A stretch of 64,000 nt of DNA from Candidatus Moraniibacteriota bacterium (lineage in GTDB: Bacteria; Patescibacteriota; Minisyncoccia; Moranbacterales; DUUL01), in NCBI GenBank assembly GCA_041583775.1, contig JBFHFF010000003.1, positions 28,547 through 92,546 of the forward strand. Direction: 5' to 3'. The translations under genes and the position numbers were made by a program. Below the pieces are notes generated by a model that saw only the letters and a list, made by a program, of their open reading frames with translations, was not told the origin of the DNA and searched no databases. The number at the start of each line of letters is the position of its first letter. Position 1 is the stretch's first letter. Positions 1 to 8,853 of this stretch are shown here, piece by piece.

Positions 1-318
1 GATACAGTCTGGGGGAGTTATATTGATAAAAAAACTAAGGTTTTCTGAGGAGTTTTCTGTTTGGGAAATAGGCGTCTCATTATTCAAGAGATTTTCAATA
101 ATATTATCTTCTTCTGTTAATTGATTGTTTTCAGAGGATTTTTGTGGAGTCAGTTGATTGCTTTGATTTAAATCCAGTTCCTTACCAGAATATTTTTCGT
201 CATTGGTTGTGTCACCCGTTCCACTTTTTTGTTTCAAAAAGAAATTGACAGGATAATAAATTGCTAAACAGAAAATTATTATAAATAGGATAATGAAGAT
301 TTTTTTAAACTTAGACAT
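1..318 (-). CDS. Partial CDS (N-terminal 106 aa; continues beyond the window start) for a membrane-anchored hypothetical protein. Translation: MSKFKKIFIILFIIIFCLAIYY... followed by a polar, Asn/Ser/Glu-rich low-complexity region.
   Basis: Reverse-complement translation from the ATG at 318..316 is open to the window edge. It has an N-terminal hydrophobic signal-anchor. It lies 11 nt downstream of the stop of the 330..2246 gene on the same strand, so it is probably co-transcribed. It is absent from the ORF track because it is truncated by the window edge. Confidence 0.45.
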   Translation of the reverse strand, partial: MSKFKKIFIILFIIIFCLAIYYPVNFFLKQKSGTGDTTNDEKYSGKELDLNQSNQLTPQKSSENNQLTEEDNIIENLLNNETPISQTENSSENLSFFINITPPDCI

Positions 319-329
319 AGATTTTGGGT

Positions 330-2246
330 TTAATAAAGCGGATCAAGGGAAATTCCTGTATAATAGTATTTCATAATTTTTTTATAATCCCAATCATGAT
401 CTTGTGCGAGTACTACAGATCCATTTGCTGATAAACCAACCATATGATTTCCCGCTGCTTCTAGTTCTGAGGTGGAAAGGTATGGATGTTTTCCATAAGA
501 GTCTGAAACTGATTTGCACCAAGGATAATCACTGGATCCCCAGCGTTCTTTGAAACTCCGTGTTCTCCCATCTGTCCATGAGCTATATGGCGTAAGGGCA
601 ATTTTACTATCATAAGTTGCAACAGATCCCCTAGTTGCTTCAGATGCTTTTTTGATATTTGAATGAGCTGATTCCCACTCATATCCATAATATATTTGAG
701 AACCAGAATCGCTACGAATTTTGAAACCAAGAGGGAGATATTTGGTGGCATTTTCGATGTACCATCTTCCATAGGTGCGGAAAATGGTTGTCATTACTTT
801 TGTATGTTCAATGTCCCCAGTTCCCGTGGTTTCTCCCATACCCCAAACATAATGTTCAAGTGGAAGAGTGTTTATCACCCAAATTTGTGTGACAGTGTCA
901 GATGTTCCGGCGATGATGTTACTTTCTTTATAATATCTAACAGTGATCTTCCCACGATATTCATCGAATGATGAATCTGGTCTGTGAGCATTAAATATCA
1001 TACTTGAATTGTCTCCGTCTGCTGCATCAAATGTCACAGATGTTTTGACTAGTGTTGATGAGATTGAGTCATATACCTCAAGATATCCATCAGAATCATA
1101 GGTGACCTTGGTTGTGGTGTCAGCTCCGATTTGAGCAAGAACATTCCCGTTTCTATCTTTGATGTTGTATGGTTTGTTGGCATCGATTCGAAATGGACTG
1201 TCCTGGATTCCAGATTTATCATAATACCAAAGGCCGACGGACATATCAGGGCCTAATCCGCTTGAAGCTAGATAATTTTTTTCGCCTTCGCTTATGGTGT
1301 AAAAATGATCACTTCCATTAAAAAGTCTGTAAACAGGGTAAGAATTAGTTACCTTAGAGGTGAAAGTGTAAAAGCCAACACCCTCATAGGAATAGGATGG
1401 ATTAGAACTAATAAGTGATTCTTTCTCGTTTTCGCTTGATGTATAGAAATGATCGCCGTTAGTTTTGTTATAAAACCTATAAATTGGTGAGGTGCCACTA
1501 ATCTGATTTTTGTATGCATAAAACGCAGCACCCTCATATTTGTAGGCAAAATTCGGAGTTGCAACAATTTTATTCTTTTCAGATTCATTTGATGTATAGA
1601 AATGATCTCCATTGATGACATTATAGAAACGATAAATAGGATCAGAATTATTTTCAGGAAGAGTGTTTAGCGCTGATGCCTCTCCTTCACTTGCTGTGTA
1701 GAAATGGTCACCATTCGCAATATTATAAAACCGATAAACATTTATTGTATTTTCAACTTGGGTTTTCAATGAGTAGAAGGCAACTCCTTCATATGTATAG
1801 ATAGAACTTAAATTATTTTGCACATTTGCTTTTTCCGTCTCATTTATTGTGTAGAAATGGTCACCATTTGTTTTGTTCAAAAAACGATAAACAGGGGAGG
1901 AGTTGTTTATGGCAGACGGATAAGCATAAAAGACTGTTCCTTCAAACGCATAGGAAGTCATTGAACTTATGATATTGTTTTTTTCTGATTCATTTGTTGT
2001 ATAGAAATGATCGCCATTGGTTTTGTTGTAAAAACGATAGACTGGTGTGGTATTTTCAACTTGAGTGGAATATGTATAAAAAGCAGTGCCTTCAGAGCGA
2101 TAGTCTGTAGGAGTTTCTGGATTTTTGTAGGCATAAAAAGATTCCCCCTCAAAAGAATAATTGGCTTGGGTTGGGAGTGCAGAGAAGATAAAAAATAGAA
2201 AAGATGCAAAAGAAAATAATGATAAAACAGTTGATTTGTAATACAT
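330..2246 (-). CDS. Secreted cell-wall-associated protein. Signal peptide, then about 13 tandem ~22-aa repeats of the type P(V/I)YRFYN.TNGDHFYT..E.EK (DUF5648-like), then a C-terminal SpoIID/LytB-like domain.
   Basis: N-terminal hydrophobic signal sequence. Repeats with the motif YRF(Y/L)NxxNGDHFYT are directly visible about 13 times. The C-terminal ~250 aa carries SpoIID/LytB-like blocks (LEHYVWGMGE, FRTYGRWY, GNHMVGLSANGSVVLAQ...YY.G). Confidence 0.6.
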   Translation of the reverse strand: MYYKSTVLSLFSFASFLFFIFSALPTQANYSFEGESFYAYKNPETPTDYRSEGTAFYTYSTQVENTTPVYRFYNKTNGDHFYTTNESEKNNIISSMTSYAFEGTVFYAYPSAINNSSPVYRFLNKTNGDHFYTINETEKANVQNNLSSIYTYEGVAFYSLKTQVENTINVYRFYNIANGDHFYTASEGEASALNTLPENNSDPIYRFYNVINGDHFYTSNESEKNKIVATPNFAYKYEGAAFYAYKNQISGTSPIYRFYNKTNGDHFYTSSENEKESLISSNPSYSYEGVGFYTFTSKVTNSYPVYRLFNGSDHFYTISEGEKNYLASSGLGPDMSVGLWYYDKSGIQDSPFRIDANKPYNIKDRNGNVLAQIGADTTTKVTYDSDGYLEVYDSISSTLVKTSVTFDAADGDNSSMIFNAHRPDSSFDEYRGKITVRYYKESNIIAGTSDTVTQIWVINTLPLEHYVWGMGETTGTGDIEHTKVMTTIFRTYGRWYIENATKYLPLGFKIRSDSGSQIYYGYEWESAHSNIKKASEATRGSVATYDSKIALTPYSSWTDGRTRSFKERWGSSDYPWCKSVSDSYGKHPYLSTSELEAAGNHMVGLSANGSVVLAQDHDWDYKKIMKYYYTGISLDPLY

Positions 2247-2362
2247 AGTGTATATTTGTTTTTTTATGTAAAATATGTTCTTAGAAGAATTTTATTTTCT
2301 TGATTATAACATATTTTGTTTTTAATAAACATAAACCGTTATGAGTTGTAAAAATTCAAAGA

Positions 2363-2401
2363 AAAAGGGATTGCGCATTTTTTAATACGCAATCCCTTTT
2401 G
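2363..2401. terminator. Rho-independent terminator hairpin (AAAAGGGATTGCG / CGCAATCCCTTTT) flanked by A/T runs on both strands
   Basis: Perfect 13-bp inverted repeat with a 12-nt loop and T-runs on either strand. It lies 30 nt downstream of the stop of the minus-strand gene 2434..3885. Confidence 0.7.
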
Positions 2402-2433
2402 ATTTATTACAGCCTACAATCTATGGACTATAT

Positions 2434-3885
2434 TTATTTCCATCTTGTGTAGCTGCTGAAATTGCTCCCAGTTGAAAGTGAAACATACCAACGTCCATCT
2501 GAGAAGAAAACAACAGCATCAGCCTTTTTATCATTATTAACATCAGCTAACATTTGATTTACTGATCCTGAGCCATGCCCACTTATCCATTGGGTGTAAC
2601 TGCCAAAAGAATTCCCAGTCGAAAGTGAAACATACCAACGTCCATCTGAGAAGAAAACCACAGCATCAGCTTTTCCGTCATTGTTAACGTCAGCTAAGAG
2701 TTGTCTTGTCGATCCAGAGCCATGCCCGCTTATCCATTTGGTATAAGTGCCAAGACTATAACCGAAACTACCTCCAGTCGAAAGTGACACATACCAACTG
2801 CCATTAAGGGCAAAAATTATAGAATCTTTTTTGCCGTCACCATTGACATCAGCAGTTAAAGATTTATCACCAGATTGTGGAATGTAAGCAATCTCTATCA
2901 TCGCAAATGTCGCTACAACCGTGTGGTTCTCGTTTGCATAAGAAACGGTGTATTGATCTGAAAATACTTGATCAATCACCGAAACACCGTTGTCTTTGAG
3001 TTCAGCTAGATAATACCCCTCACTGGCCGCTATGTTCAGCGTTGTGCTGCCCATATAGTCCAGTGCTACAAAACTTGGTGTTATCGAGCCACCATTTCCT
3101 GTGGTAGAAGCAGTTACTGAATAGCAACTACCGAAAACGGGCCTTATGATGTGGCTTTCAGCTGGACTATCAATGCTGTAGAAGCCATCAATAACCTGGT
3201 CGAAAACATCCATTTCGTTATCATACATACCGGTTAGGCACTTTCCAAAGTCTGGAGTTGTGTGAACCTCCATCCTTTCGCCTATGAATGAAGTTATATA
3301 GTCGATGGGGTAGATAGTCCCACCCTCAGCTTGCTGAGTATAAAGAACAATGTCTCCTGGTGCTCTTTGAAAGGTCACCGTGTCGGATTCTCCTCCCGAG
3401 AAGTTCGTCAAGTAATAAGTTTCTGACCCTTGGAATAGCTGTCCATTTACATCGATTACCGGCACGCAAGTACCAGTTTCAGTTTTTGACCCTAAATTTA
3501 TCGGGTTTTTGTTCTCTCCCCAGATAGTGTATGTGTTTGAACTCGCGGCAATTTTACCGCACACTATCTGGGAATACGGACCCATTTCTCCGTCCGATTT
3601 ATATGCTCTGATTGATAAGCATATCTCAGAACTATCAGGAACGGGCTCTAGTGTCACTGAAGTGACATTTCCCAACTTCACGGGTGAATCTCCTATTGAG
3701 AGACCCGTCCCATTGAACGGTTCTGTGTGTCCATCATCCAACCGGTACGAAATCTCATACCCAATCACCTCCGTGTCCGTGGCTGGAGTCCAAGAAAGCT
3801 CATACTCGCCTCCGAATGAACTGACTTGAAAAACTCCAAAAAACAGTACTGCTAACAATAAACTCAACATCCTTGTTTTTTTCAT
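2434..3885 (-). CDS. Secreted protein with an N-terminal fibronectin type III-like domain and three C-terminal FG-GAP/VCBS-like repeats
   Basis: Signal peptide MKKTRMLSLLLAVLFFGV. The FN3-like start reads SWTPATDTEVIGYEISYR. A ~48-aa unit is repeated three times almost identically, and a degenerate fourth copy lies upstream (ADVNGDGKKDSIIFALNGSWYVSLSTGGSFG). A strong Shine-Dalgarno (AAGGAGGAGG) precedes the start. Confidence 0.6.
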   Translation of the reverse strand: MKKTRMLSLLLAVLFFGVFQVSSFGGEYELSWTPATDTEVIGYEISYRLDDGHTEPFNGTGLSIGDSPVKLGNVTSVTLEPVPDSSEICLSIRAYKSDGEMGPYSQIVCGKIAASSNTYTIWGENKNPINLGSKTETGTCVPVIDVNGQLFQGSETYYLTNFSGGESDTVTFQRAPGDIVLYTQQAEGGTIYPIDYITSFIGERMEVHTTPDFGKCLTGMYDNEMDVFDQVIDGFYSIDSPAESHIIRPVFGSCYSVTASTTGNGGSITPSFVALDYMGSTTLNIAASEGYYLAELKDNGVSVIDQVFSDQYTVSYANENHTVVATFAMIEIAYIPQSGDKSLTADVNGDGKKDSIIFALNGSWYVSLSTGGSFGYSLGTYTKWISGHGSGSTRQLLADVNNDGKADAVVFFSDGRWYVSLSTGNSFGSYTQWISGHGSGSVNQMLADVNNDKKADAVVFFSDGRWYVSLSTGSNFSSYTRWK

Positions 3886-4020
3886 AGCCTCCTCCTTTTG
3901 TTGTGAGCAAAATAACTTTTGAAAAGTTACTTGCTCTGTTGAATTTCTCCCGTCCCTATTTTATGGTTTTAGGTTTTAAAAAAACTTTTCCTGCAATATC
4001 CAATCACAGGAACTATTATA

Positions 4021-4062
4021 ATTTTACTGACTTTGGAATAGTATGTCAAGAGTAAAATATAT
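4021..4062 (-). promoter_or_regulatory. Candidate sigma70-type promoter plus conserved operator-like motif upstream of the 2434..3885 gene. On the minus strand it reads CTCTTGACAtactattccaaagtcagTAAAATtataat.
   Basis: A TTGACA -35 element, a 17-nt spacer and a TAAAAT -10 element. The flanking CTTGACATA and AAGTCAGTAAA blocks recur almost verbatim upstream of the 4645..5004 gene (5086..5130). Confidence 0.5.
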
Positions 4063-4169
4063 CAATTGGTTTGAAATGTTATTTTTTTGAATTTAAAAAA
4101 GGAGCTTGTTAAAAAATAAACAAGCTCCCAAACAATTCCAATAAACAAATATGATTCAAACAATTTGCC

Positions 4170-4589
4170 TCAGAGGATTTTAAACTCTTTAATATAGACA
4201 GCCTTCCCCCCAGAGATTATTAGTTTTGCTTCGCTGGAGTGCCCAATTTCTTTTCGTTCCTCGCCAGGTCCAGATTCAAGTCCGAATCCCCTAAAATAAT
4301 AGGTTTCTCCCTCCTCTGGATCCTCCAGATAAAGGTGAACTAAAATCCTCCCATCTATTAGACCGCTGACTCGCTCTGTGTGGGAGAAGGGATATTCATT
4401 GACTTCGGAAGAGTATTTTATCGATACTTTTCCGTAACCAACTTCCACATAGGGCATATAAATACCAACTGGGGGTATGCAGGAAAAGGTAACTCCCAAT
4501 TTTCCTGCCACACAAAGCGTGCTTGTTGTGGCGATAAACACAACTAATAATAGCACTGTTAGTAAAAGTTTGTTTCTCATATCATTCAC
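4170..4589 (-). CDS. Small secreted protein with an FN3-like beta-sandwich C-terminus (GETYYFRGFGLESG)
   Basis: Signal peptide MRNKLLLTVLLLVVFIATTSTLCVA. It shares the G(E/T)TYYF...E(S/G)...S motif with the adjacent 4645..5004 product. It lies 55 nt downstream of that gene, so they are probably co-transcribed. Confidence 0.45.
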   Translation of the reverse strand: MNDMRNKLLLTVLLLVVFIATTSTLCVAGKLGVTFSCIPPVGIYMPYVEVGYGKVSIKYSSEVNEYPFSHTERVSGLIDGRILVHLYLEDPEEGETYYFRGFGLESGPGEERKEIGHSSEAKLIISGGKAVYIKEFKIL

Positions 4590-4644
4590 CTATTGTTTTC
4601 GTTGCGTGATAAAAAAACAACAATAAAGATTATGGCCCGTTTGT

Positions 4645-5004
4645 TCACAAGGCACGCATTTCCGTTATGTCTATAATCATGTTGCCCCCGAGAGGCACTT
4701 CATTAGAATACCCAGATTCCATGCCTTCAGTGTCGAAAGCGGTTGCGGCGAAATAGTAGGTTTCGCCCACTGTTAACTCACCGACATCAAGGGTCATAAT
4801 GACTCTCCCGTTGACAATCGCTGGGCTAGAAAAGGTAACAGTCTTTGTGTATGTATAAGAGCTGCTTCCCCAATGGATTTTATATCCCGCCAAATTCGTT
4901 TCGGTATTTGGAAGGCAACTGAATGTGATTGTTTGTGCCAAGCAGTTGTTGACACTTAAAATCACCAATAACAACACAAACGACAATCCTTTAAATTTTT
5001 TCAT
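4645..5004 (-). CDS. Small secreted FN3-like protein
   Basis: Signal peptide MKKFKGLSFVLLLVILSVNNCLA. The FN3-like signature GETYYFAATAFDTEGMESGYSNEV is present. A strong Shine-Dalgarno (AAGGAGGAATCGAGG ATG) precedes the start. Confidence 0.5.
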   Translation of the reverse strand: MKKFKGLSFVLLLVILSVNNCLAQTITFSCLPNTETNLAGYKIHWGSSSYTYTKTVTFSSPAIVNGRVIMTLDVGELTVGETYYFAATAFDTEGMESGYSNEVPLGGNMIIDITEMRAL

Positions 5005-5085
5005 CCTCGATTCCTCCTTGGAATTTTTTTAGTCAAAAATTTATTTCTTGACTATTTATTAAGGTACTTCATAAAAAGACATATG

Positions 5086-5130
5086 ATAACTTTACTGACT
5101 TTTTGTGTATATGTCAAGAATAAGATACTT
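5086..5130 (-). promoter_or_regulatory. Candidate sigma70-type promoter plus shared operator-like motif upstream of the 4645..5004 and 4170..4589 genes. On the minus strand it reads TTCTTGACAtatacacaaaaagtcagTAAAGTtatcat.
   Basis: A TTGACA -35 element, a 17-nt spacer and a TAAAGT -10 element. The CTTGACATA and AAGTCAGTAAAG blocks are shared with 4021..4062. Confidence 0.5.
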
Positions 5131-5318
5131 TTATTTAGAAATTTTTTATTTATTATATTGATAAAGAAGAGAGTTATTGATTTTTAAAAAAACACAATTA
5201 TTGATTTGTTAAAACGCTCGATTTAGGATATTATTAAAGAATGATAACATTTCTTTTTGCAAATGGTTTTGTTTTGTGTTGCTAAGAGAGAATGTTTTGT
5301 GTGAAATGAAAAAATGAA

Positions 5319-6479
5319 ATGAAAATTCTAACAATTGCAGCAACACCATATTTTTCAGACAGAGGATGTCATATCCGTATTTTTTATGAGGCAAAATATC
5401 TTCAGAAAATGGGGGCGACAATCACTTTGATTACATATCATCTAGGAAAAGATATTGGTGATTTTGATATCAAAAGAACAGGTGAAGTTTTGGGATATAA
5501 AAAAACTTCTCCTGGTTTTGCCTGGGGAAAACTTTGGCTTGACTTGAAACTATTGTGGCTTTGTTTTGTCGAACTTAGAAGGAATAGACCAGATATTATT
5601 CACGCTCATCTATATGAAGGTTTGGCAGTTGCTTATATGGCTAAATACTTAAGTTTAAAGGCCGATATACCAATAGTCTTTGACCTACAAGGGGATTTGA
5701 AGGGTGAATTGGAGGGGTATAATAAAAAAAACAGAACTCTTTTGAAGAATCTTTTTATTTGGCTTTCGAAAGTTTTTATCAATCTTGCTGATTTTATTGT
5801 TGTAAGTAGTGAGAATGTTCTTAGTTCAATTAGACCAATGTATCGTAAAAGGAAGAATATCGAAATTATCAGGGATGGCATTGATCTTGATGTTTTTAGA
5901 GAGCCAAAAAGACTCAATAAAGAAAATAGAGAAGAAATTAAGGAGCTCAAAGAGTGGAAAAAAGGGAAAAAATTGCTTATTTACACAGGTGGAATGGATG
6001 ACAGCAAGGGAGTTTCAGCTTTGATTTCTGAATTTTTAAAAACAAGAGAGGAGCTTGGAGATGATTGGCGATTGCTTTTGTATGGAAGCGGAAATAGTAA
6101 AGAAAGCTACGAGAAGATAGTTAAAGAATCTAATGCATGCGATGTTATTGTTTTTGCAAAGGAAAGAAGTTTTTTTGCATTGCCAAACTTTTTAAAATTG
6201 GCAGATGTTGCAATTGAACCAAAGAAGGATAGTACTGAAAGTAGCGGGAAGTTGATGAATTATATGGCGGCTGACTTGCCAATTATTTGTTTTGAAAATG
6301 AATTTAATAAACTAAGACTTGGTGGAAAGGGAAATTATGTAAAATCAATCTCAGAGATATCGAAAATTCTGAGGAAAAAAGATTTTCAAAAAATTCAGTA
6401 TAATTTAAAAAAAGAAAGTGAGGAGAATCAGGTTGAAAAACTATTTGAAATATTCAAAAAACTAACAAAAACTAAATAA
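5319..6479 (+). CDS. Glycosyltransferase, GT4 family (GT-B fold)
   Basis: The N-terminus KILTIAATPYFSDRGC is typical of GT4. The C-terminal half has a GGMDDSKG block and an E...E-type donor-binding region. It is adjacent to a second GT gene. Confidence 0.6.
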   Translation: MKILTIAATPYFSDRGCHIRIFYEAKYLQKMGATITLITYHLGKDIGDFDIKRTGEVLGYKKTSPGFAWGKLWLDLKLLWLCFVELRRNRPDIIHAHLYEGLAVAYMAKYLSLKADIPIVFDLQGDLKGELEGYNKKNRTLLKNLFIWLSKVFINLADFIVVSSENVLSSIRPMYRKRKNIEIIRDGIDLDVFREPKRLNKENREEIKELKEWKKGKKLLIYTGGMDDSKGVSALISEFLKTREELGDDWRLLLYGSGNSKESYEKIVKESNACDVIVFAKERSFFALPNFLKLADVAIEPKKDSTESSGKLMNYMAADLPIICFENEFNKLRLGGKGNYVKSISEISKILRKKDFQKIQYNLKKESEENQVEKLFEIFKKLTKTK

Positions 6480-6483
6480 GAAT

Positions 6484-7671
6484 ATGAAGCTTTTATTGAT
6501 TAAAGTTGGGAAGGCCTTTGCCACAATCAGGAAAGAAGGATTTATTAGAGGAGGGAAGCGAGTTTTTAAGGGATTTTTTTCACTTTTTGGACGAGTTAAA
6601 AAAGGTGATATTCTAATTGTTACTGGTGGGATAGGTGACAGTGCGAGATATCGTGCTTATCATGTTGCAGAGGAATTGAATTTGAACGGGATAAAAACCT
6701 CTGTTACAATTCAGGACAATCCCTTTTTGGCAAAATATCCTTTAGATTTTCAGATTTTAATTTTTCATAGAGTCCTTTTTACTCCTGCTGTGAAGAAGAT
6801 GATTCAAAAAGCAAAAGATTTAGGGAGGGAGATAATTTTCGATACAGACGATTTGGTTTACGATCCAAAGTTTTTAAAATTTATGGATTATTACAAGCAG
6901 ATGAATTCTTTAGAGAAAAAGCTCTATGAAAATGGTGTTGGCGGGGAAATTATTAAAGATGACTATGTAAAAGTTTGCACGACAACTACAACCTATCTCG
7001 CAGATAAACTAAAAGAAGAGAATAAAAATGTTTTCATTGTTCCCAATAAGTTATCAATGGAAGATTTGAGATGGTCAGTCGATGCACTTGAAATTGCTAA
7101 AAAAGAAAATGATGAAAAAAAAGATACCGTCGTAATCGGTTATTTTAGTGGAACAATAAGTCACAATAAGGATTTTGCAACAATTACAAAGCCACTCATT
7201 GCTATTTTGGAGAAGTTTTCCCAAGTTAAACTTTTTTTAGCGGGACCACTTAATCCTGAAGATGATCTAGTTTCTCGATTTGGTAAAAGAATAATCAACA
7301 CTCCGTATGTGGCAAGAAGGGAACATTTTAAAAATGTTGCGACTGTTGATATTAATATTTCTCCTCTAGAATTAGACAATCCTTTTTGTGAGGCAAAGAG
7401 TGAATTGAAATTTTTTGAGGCTGGAATTGTAAAAGTTCCTACCGTGGCTGTTGCAAATCAAACTTTTTCAGAAGTAATTGAGGATGGTTTAGATGGGTTT
7501 GTAGCAAAAAATGAAAAGGAATGGGAGGAAAAATTGGAAAAATTAATATTAAGCCAGGAGCTAAGGAGGGAGATGGGTCAGGCTGCTTATGAAAAAGTTG
7601 TAGAGAAATATACCACCAAGAATGCTAAAAATATGGTTTATTATGATTTTCTAAAAACAAAAATAAAGTAA
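6484..7671 (+). CDS. Glycosyltransferase, GT4/GT1-like
   Basis: C-terminal GT-B donor domain (FFEAGIVKVPTVAVANQTFSEVIEDGLDGFVAKNEKEWEEKL). It starts 5 nt after the stop of the upstream GT, so the two form an operon. Confidence 0.55.
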   Translation: MKLLLIKVGKAFATIRKEGFIRGGKRVFKGFFSLFGRVKKGDILIVTGGIGDSARYRAYHVAEELNLNGIKTSVTIQDNPFLAKYPLDFQILIFHRVLFTPAVKKMIQKAKDLGREIIFDTDDLVYDPKFLKFMDYYKQMNSLEKKLYENGVGGEIIKDDYVKVCTTTTTYLADKLKEENKNVFIVPNKLSMEDLRWSVDALEIAKKENDEKKDTVVIGYFSGTISHNKDFATITKPLIAILEKFSQVKLFLAGPLNPEDDLVSRFGKRIINTPYVARREHFKNVATVDINISPLELDNPFCEAKSELKFFEAGIVKVPTVAVANQTFSEVIEDGLDGFVAKNEKEWEEKLEKLILSQELRREMGQAAYEKVVEKYTTKNAKNMVYYDFLKTKIK

Positions 7672-7780
7672 TTTTCAGTTTACGATTAAATTCAAGGTAG
7701 AAATTCTGCCTTGAATTATTCCATTCTTATGATTTGGCTCTGGGCGTCTAATAGTGAGTTTAGGCTGTGAAAATAAGTTG

Positions 7781-8368
7781 CTAGACAATCCTTCCTAGCC
7801 AGAGAATAATAAAAATTCCAAAAACATTAAAAACAAAAGAGACTGAAGTAAATGTTCTAAACGAAAAGTCTTTCGAGGCATGAACTAGTGACATTGCGAA
7901 TTCATCAGGGAAAGGAAGTGCTGAAGCTATGCCAGCAAAAACTGGCAAAACATATTTTCGGATGAATCTAGGTGTGAATTTATCTAACTTTTCAATCATC
8001 CAGCGAAAAAGTTTAGTTTGTGAAGCTGAGTCAATTTCTTCAGCATATGAAATTCTGAGATATTCAAAAATCAAAAAATTTCCAATAATGGAACCAATAA
8101 TTGCAATTATTCCGGAAATAAAAAATGGCTGACTATTGCCGATTAGGAGCAATGTTGCAACTGCTGGGCCAAGTGTTAGTCCATGCGAGAAAAACATTCC
8201 AGCAAGAAAGGTTGCTAAAAACCCAAATTTTGTGATGAGTATATGAAAATTAAAATTGTTATCATCGGTATATATTAAAATTCCAAGTATAATTGAAAAT
8301 CCGAAAAGAATAAGTTTCGGATATTTGACTTCGATTAGTAATTTTTCAAATGTTGAAATTTTTTCCAT
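7781..8368 (-). CDS. Hypothetical polytopic membrane protein
   Basis: About 5 predicted hydrophobic helices. No recognisable catalytic motif. Confidence 0.4.
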   Translation of the reverse strand: MEKISTFEKLLIEVKYPKLILFGFSIILGILIYTDDNNFNFHILITKFGFLATFLAGMFFSHGLTLGPAVATLLLIGNSQPFFISGIIAIIGSIIGNFLIFEYLRISYAEEIDSASQTKLFRWMIEKLDKFTPRFIRKYVLPVFAGIASALPFPDEFAMSLVHASKDFSFRTFTSVSFVFNVFGIFIILWLGRIV

Positions 8369-8508
8369 TTTTGTTTTTTATAAATTTTGATATATTAATT
8401 TTGAATTAATTTGCTAATGTATGAATGTTTTATTGCCATTTTCATGCATTGTTGTTTTTTCATTTAATCTAACGGAGCTTGCCTTTGTGGGAATGATATC
8501 TGTTTAGT

Positions 8509-8538
8509 TAAATATGTAATTAATTACTTACATATTTA
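8509..8538. promoter_or_regulatory. Perfect 11-bp palindrome TAAATATGTAA-n8-TTACATATTTA (candidate operator)
   Basis: The inverted repeat is directly visible at 8509..8519 and 8528..8538. It sits in the 5' region of the minus-strand gene 7781..8368 and downstream of tRNA-Thr. Confidence 0.3.
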
Positions 8539-8712
8539 CTGGTTTTAATCGTTTGATTTATCCCCTTAGATTGAGAGGATGTTAGTTGTAGTCAGGAGCG
8601 TCGTGTTTTTGTCTAATCATTGGCAAGTTCAATCCACAGAACTTTAACCTATTCTAATTCTCACTTAATCTAAGAGGGGAGTAGGACTAGGCGCTAAATA
8701 CTCTAAACCTAG

Positions 8713-8785
8713 AGCTTCCTGTCAGGATCGAACTGACGACCTATGCGTTACGAGTGCATTGCTCTACCAACTGAGCTAAGGAAGC
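8713..8785 (-). tRNA. tRNA-Thr (anticodon CGU)
   Basis: Reverse complement folds as a canonical cloverleaf: acceptor GCTTCCT/AGGAAGC, D-arm GCTC-AGTTGGTA-GAGC, anticodon arm ATGCA-CTCGTAA-CGCAT (U33, anticodon CGT, A37), variable AGGTC, T-arm GTCAG-TTCGATC-CTGAC. One A-C mismatch at positions 31-39. No encoded CCA. Confidence 0.8.
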
Positions 8786-8853
8786 AAAAGTACCAAAGTC
8801 ATTGTATACTTATATTTTGATTTTTTCAACAATCTAATATATAATAATAACAT

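Noticed and set aside
461-1621. Antisense or alternative-frame ORFs inside the 330..2246 gene (461..772, 696..971, 1349..1621, 1967..2209, 2007..2198). The same applies to similar short ORFs embedded in other long genes, for example 3509..3829, 5633..5950, 13068..13313, 29633..29848, 36133..36435, 38074..38433, 39674..39892, 52341..52763, 54069..54491, 62664..63044.
   Set aside because: They overlap well-supported genes with clear domain content on the other strand or frame. They have no motifs or ribosome-binding sites and are typical shadow ORFs of AT-rich DNA.
8563-8679. Long-range imperfect inverted repeat (CCCCTTAGATTGAGAGG ... CTCACTTAATCTAAGAGGGG) next to tRNA-Thr, considered as a second tRNA or small RNA
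   Set aside because: The arms are imperfect, and the intervening 85 nt do not fold into a cloverleaf or show a T-loop consensus. The evidence is too weak.
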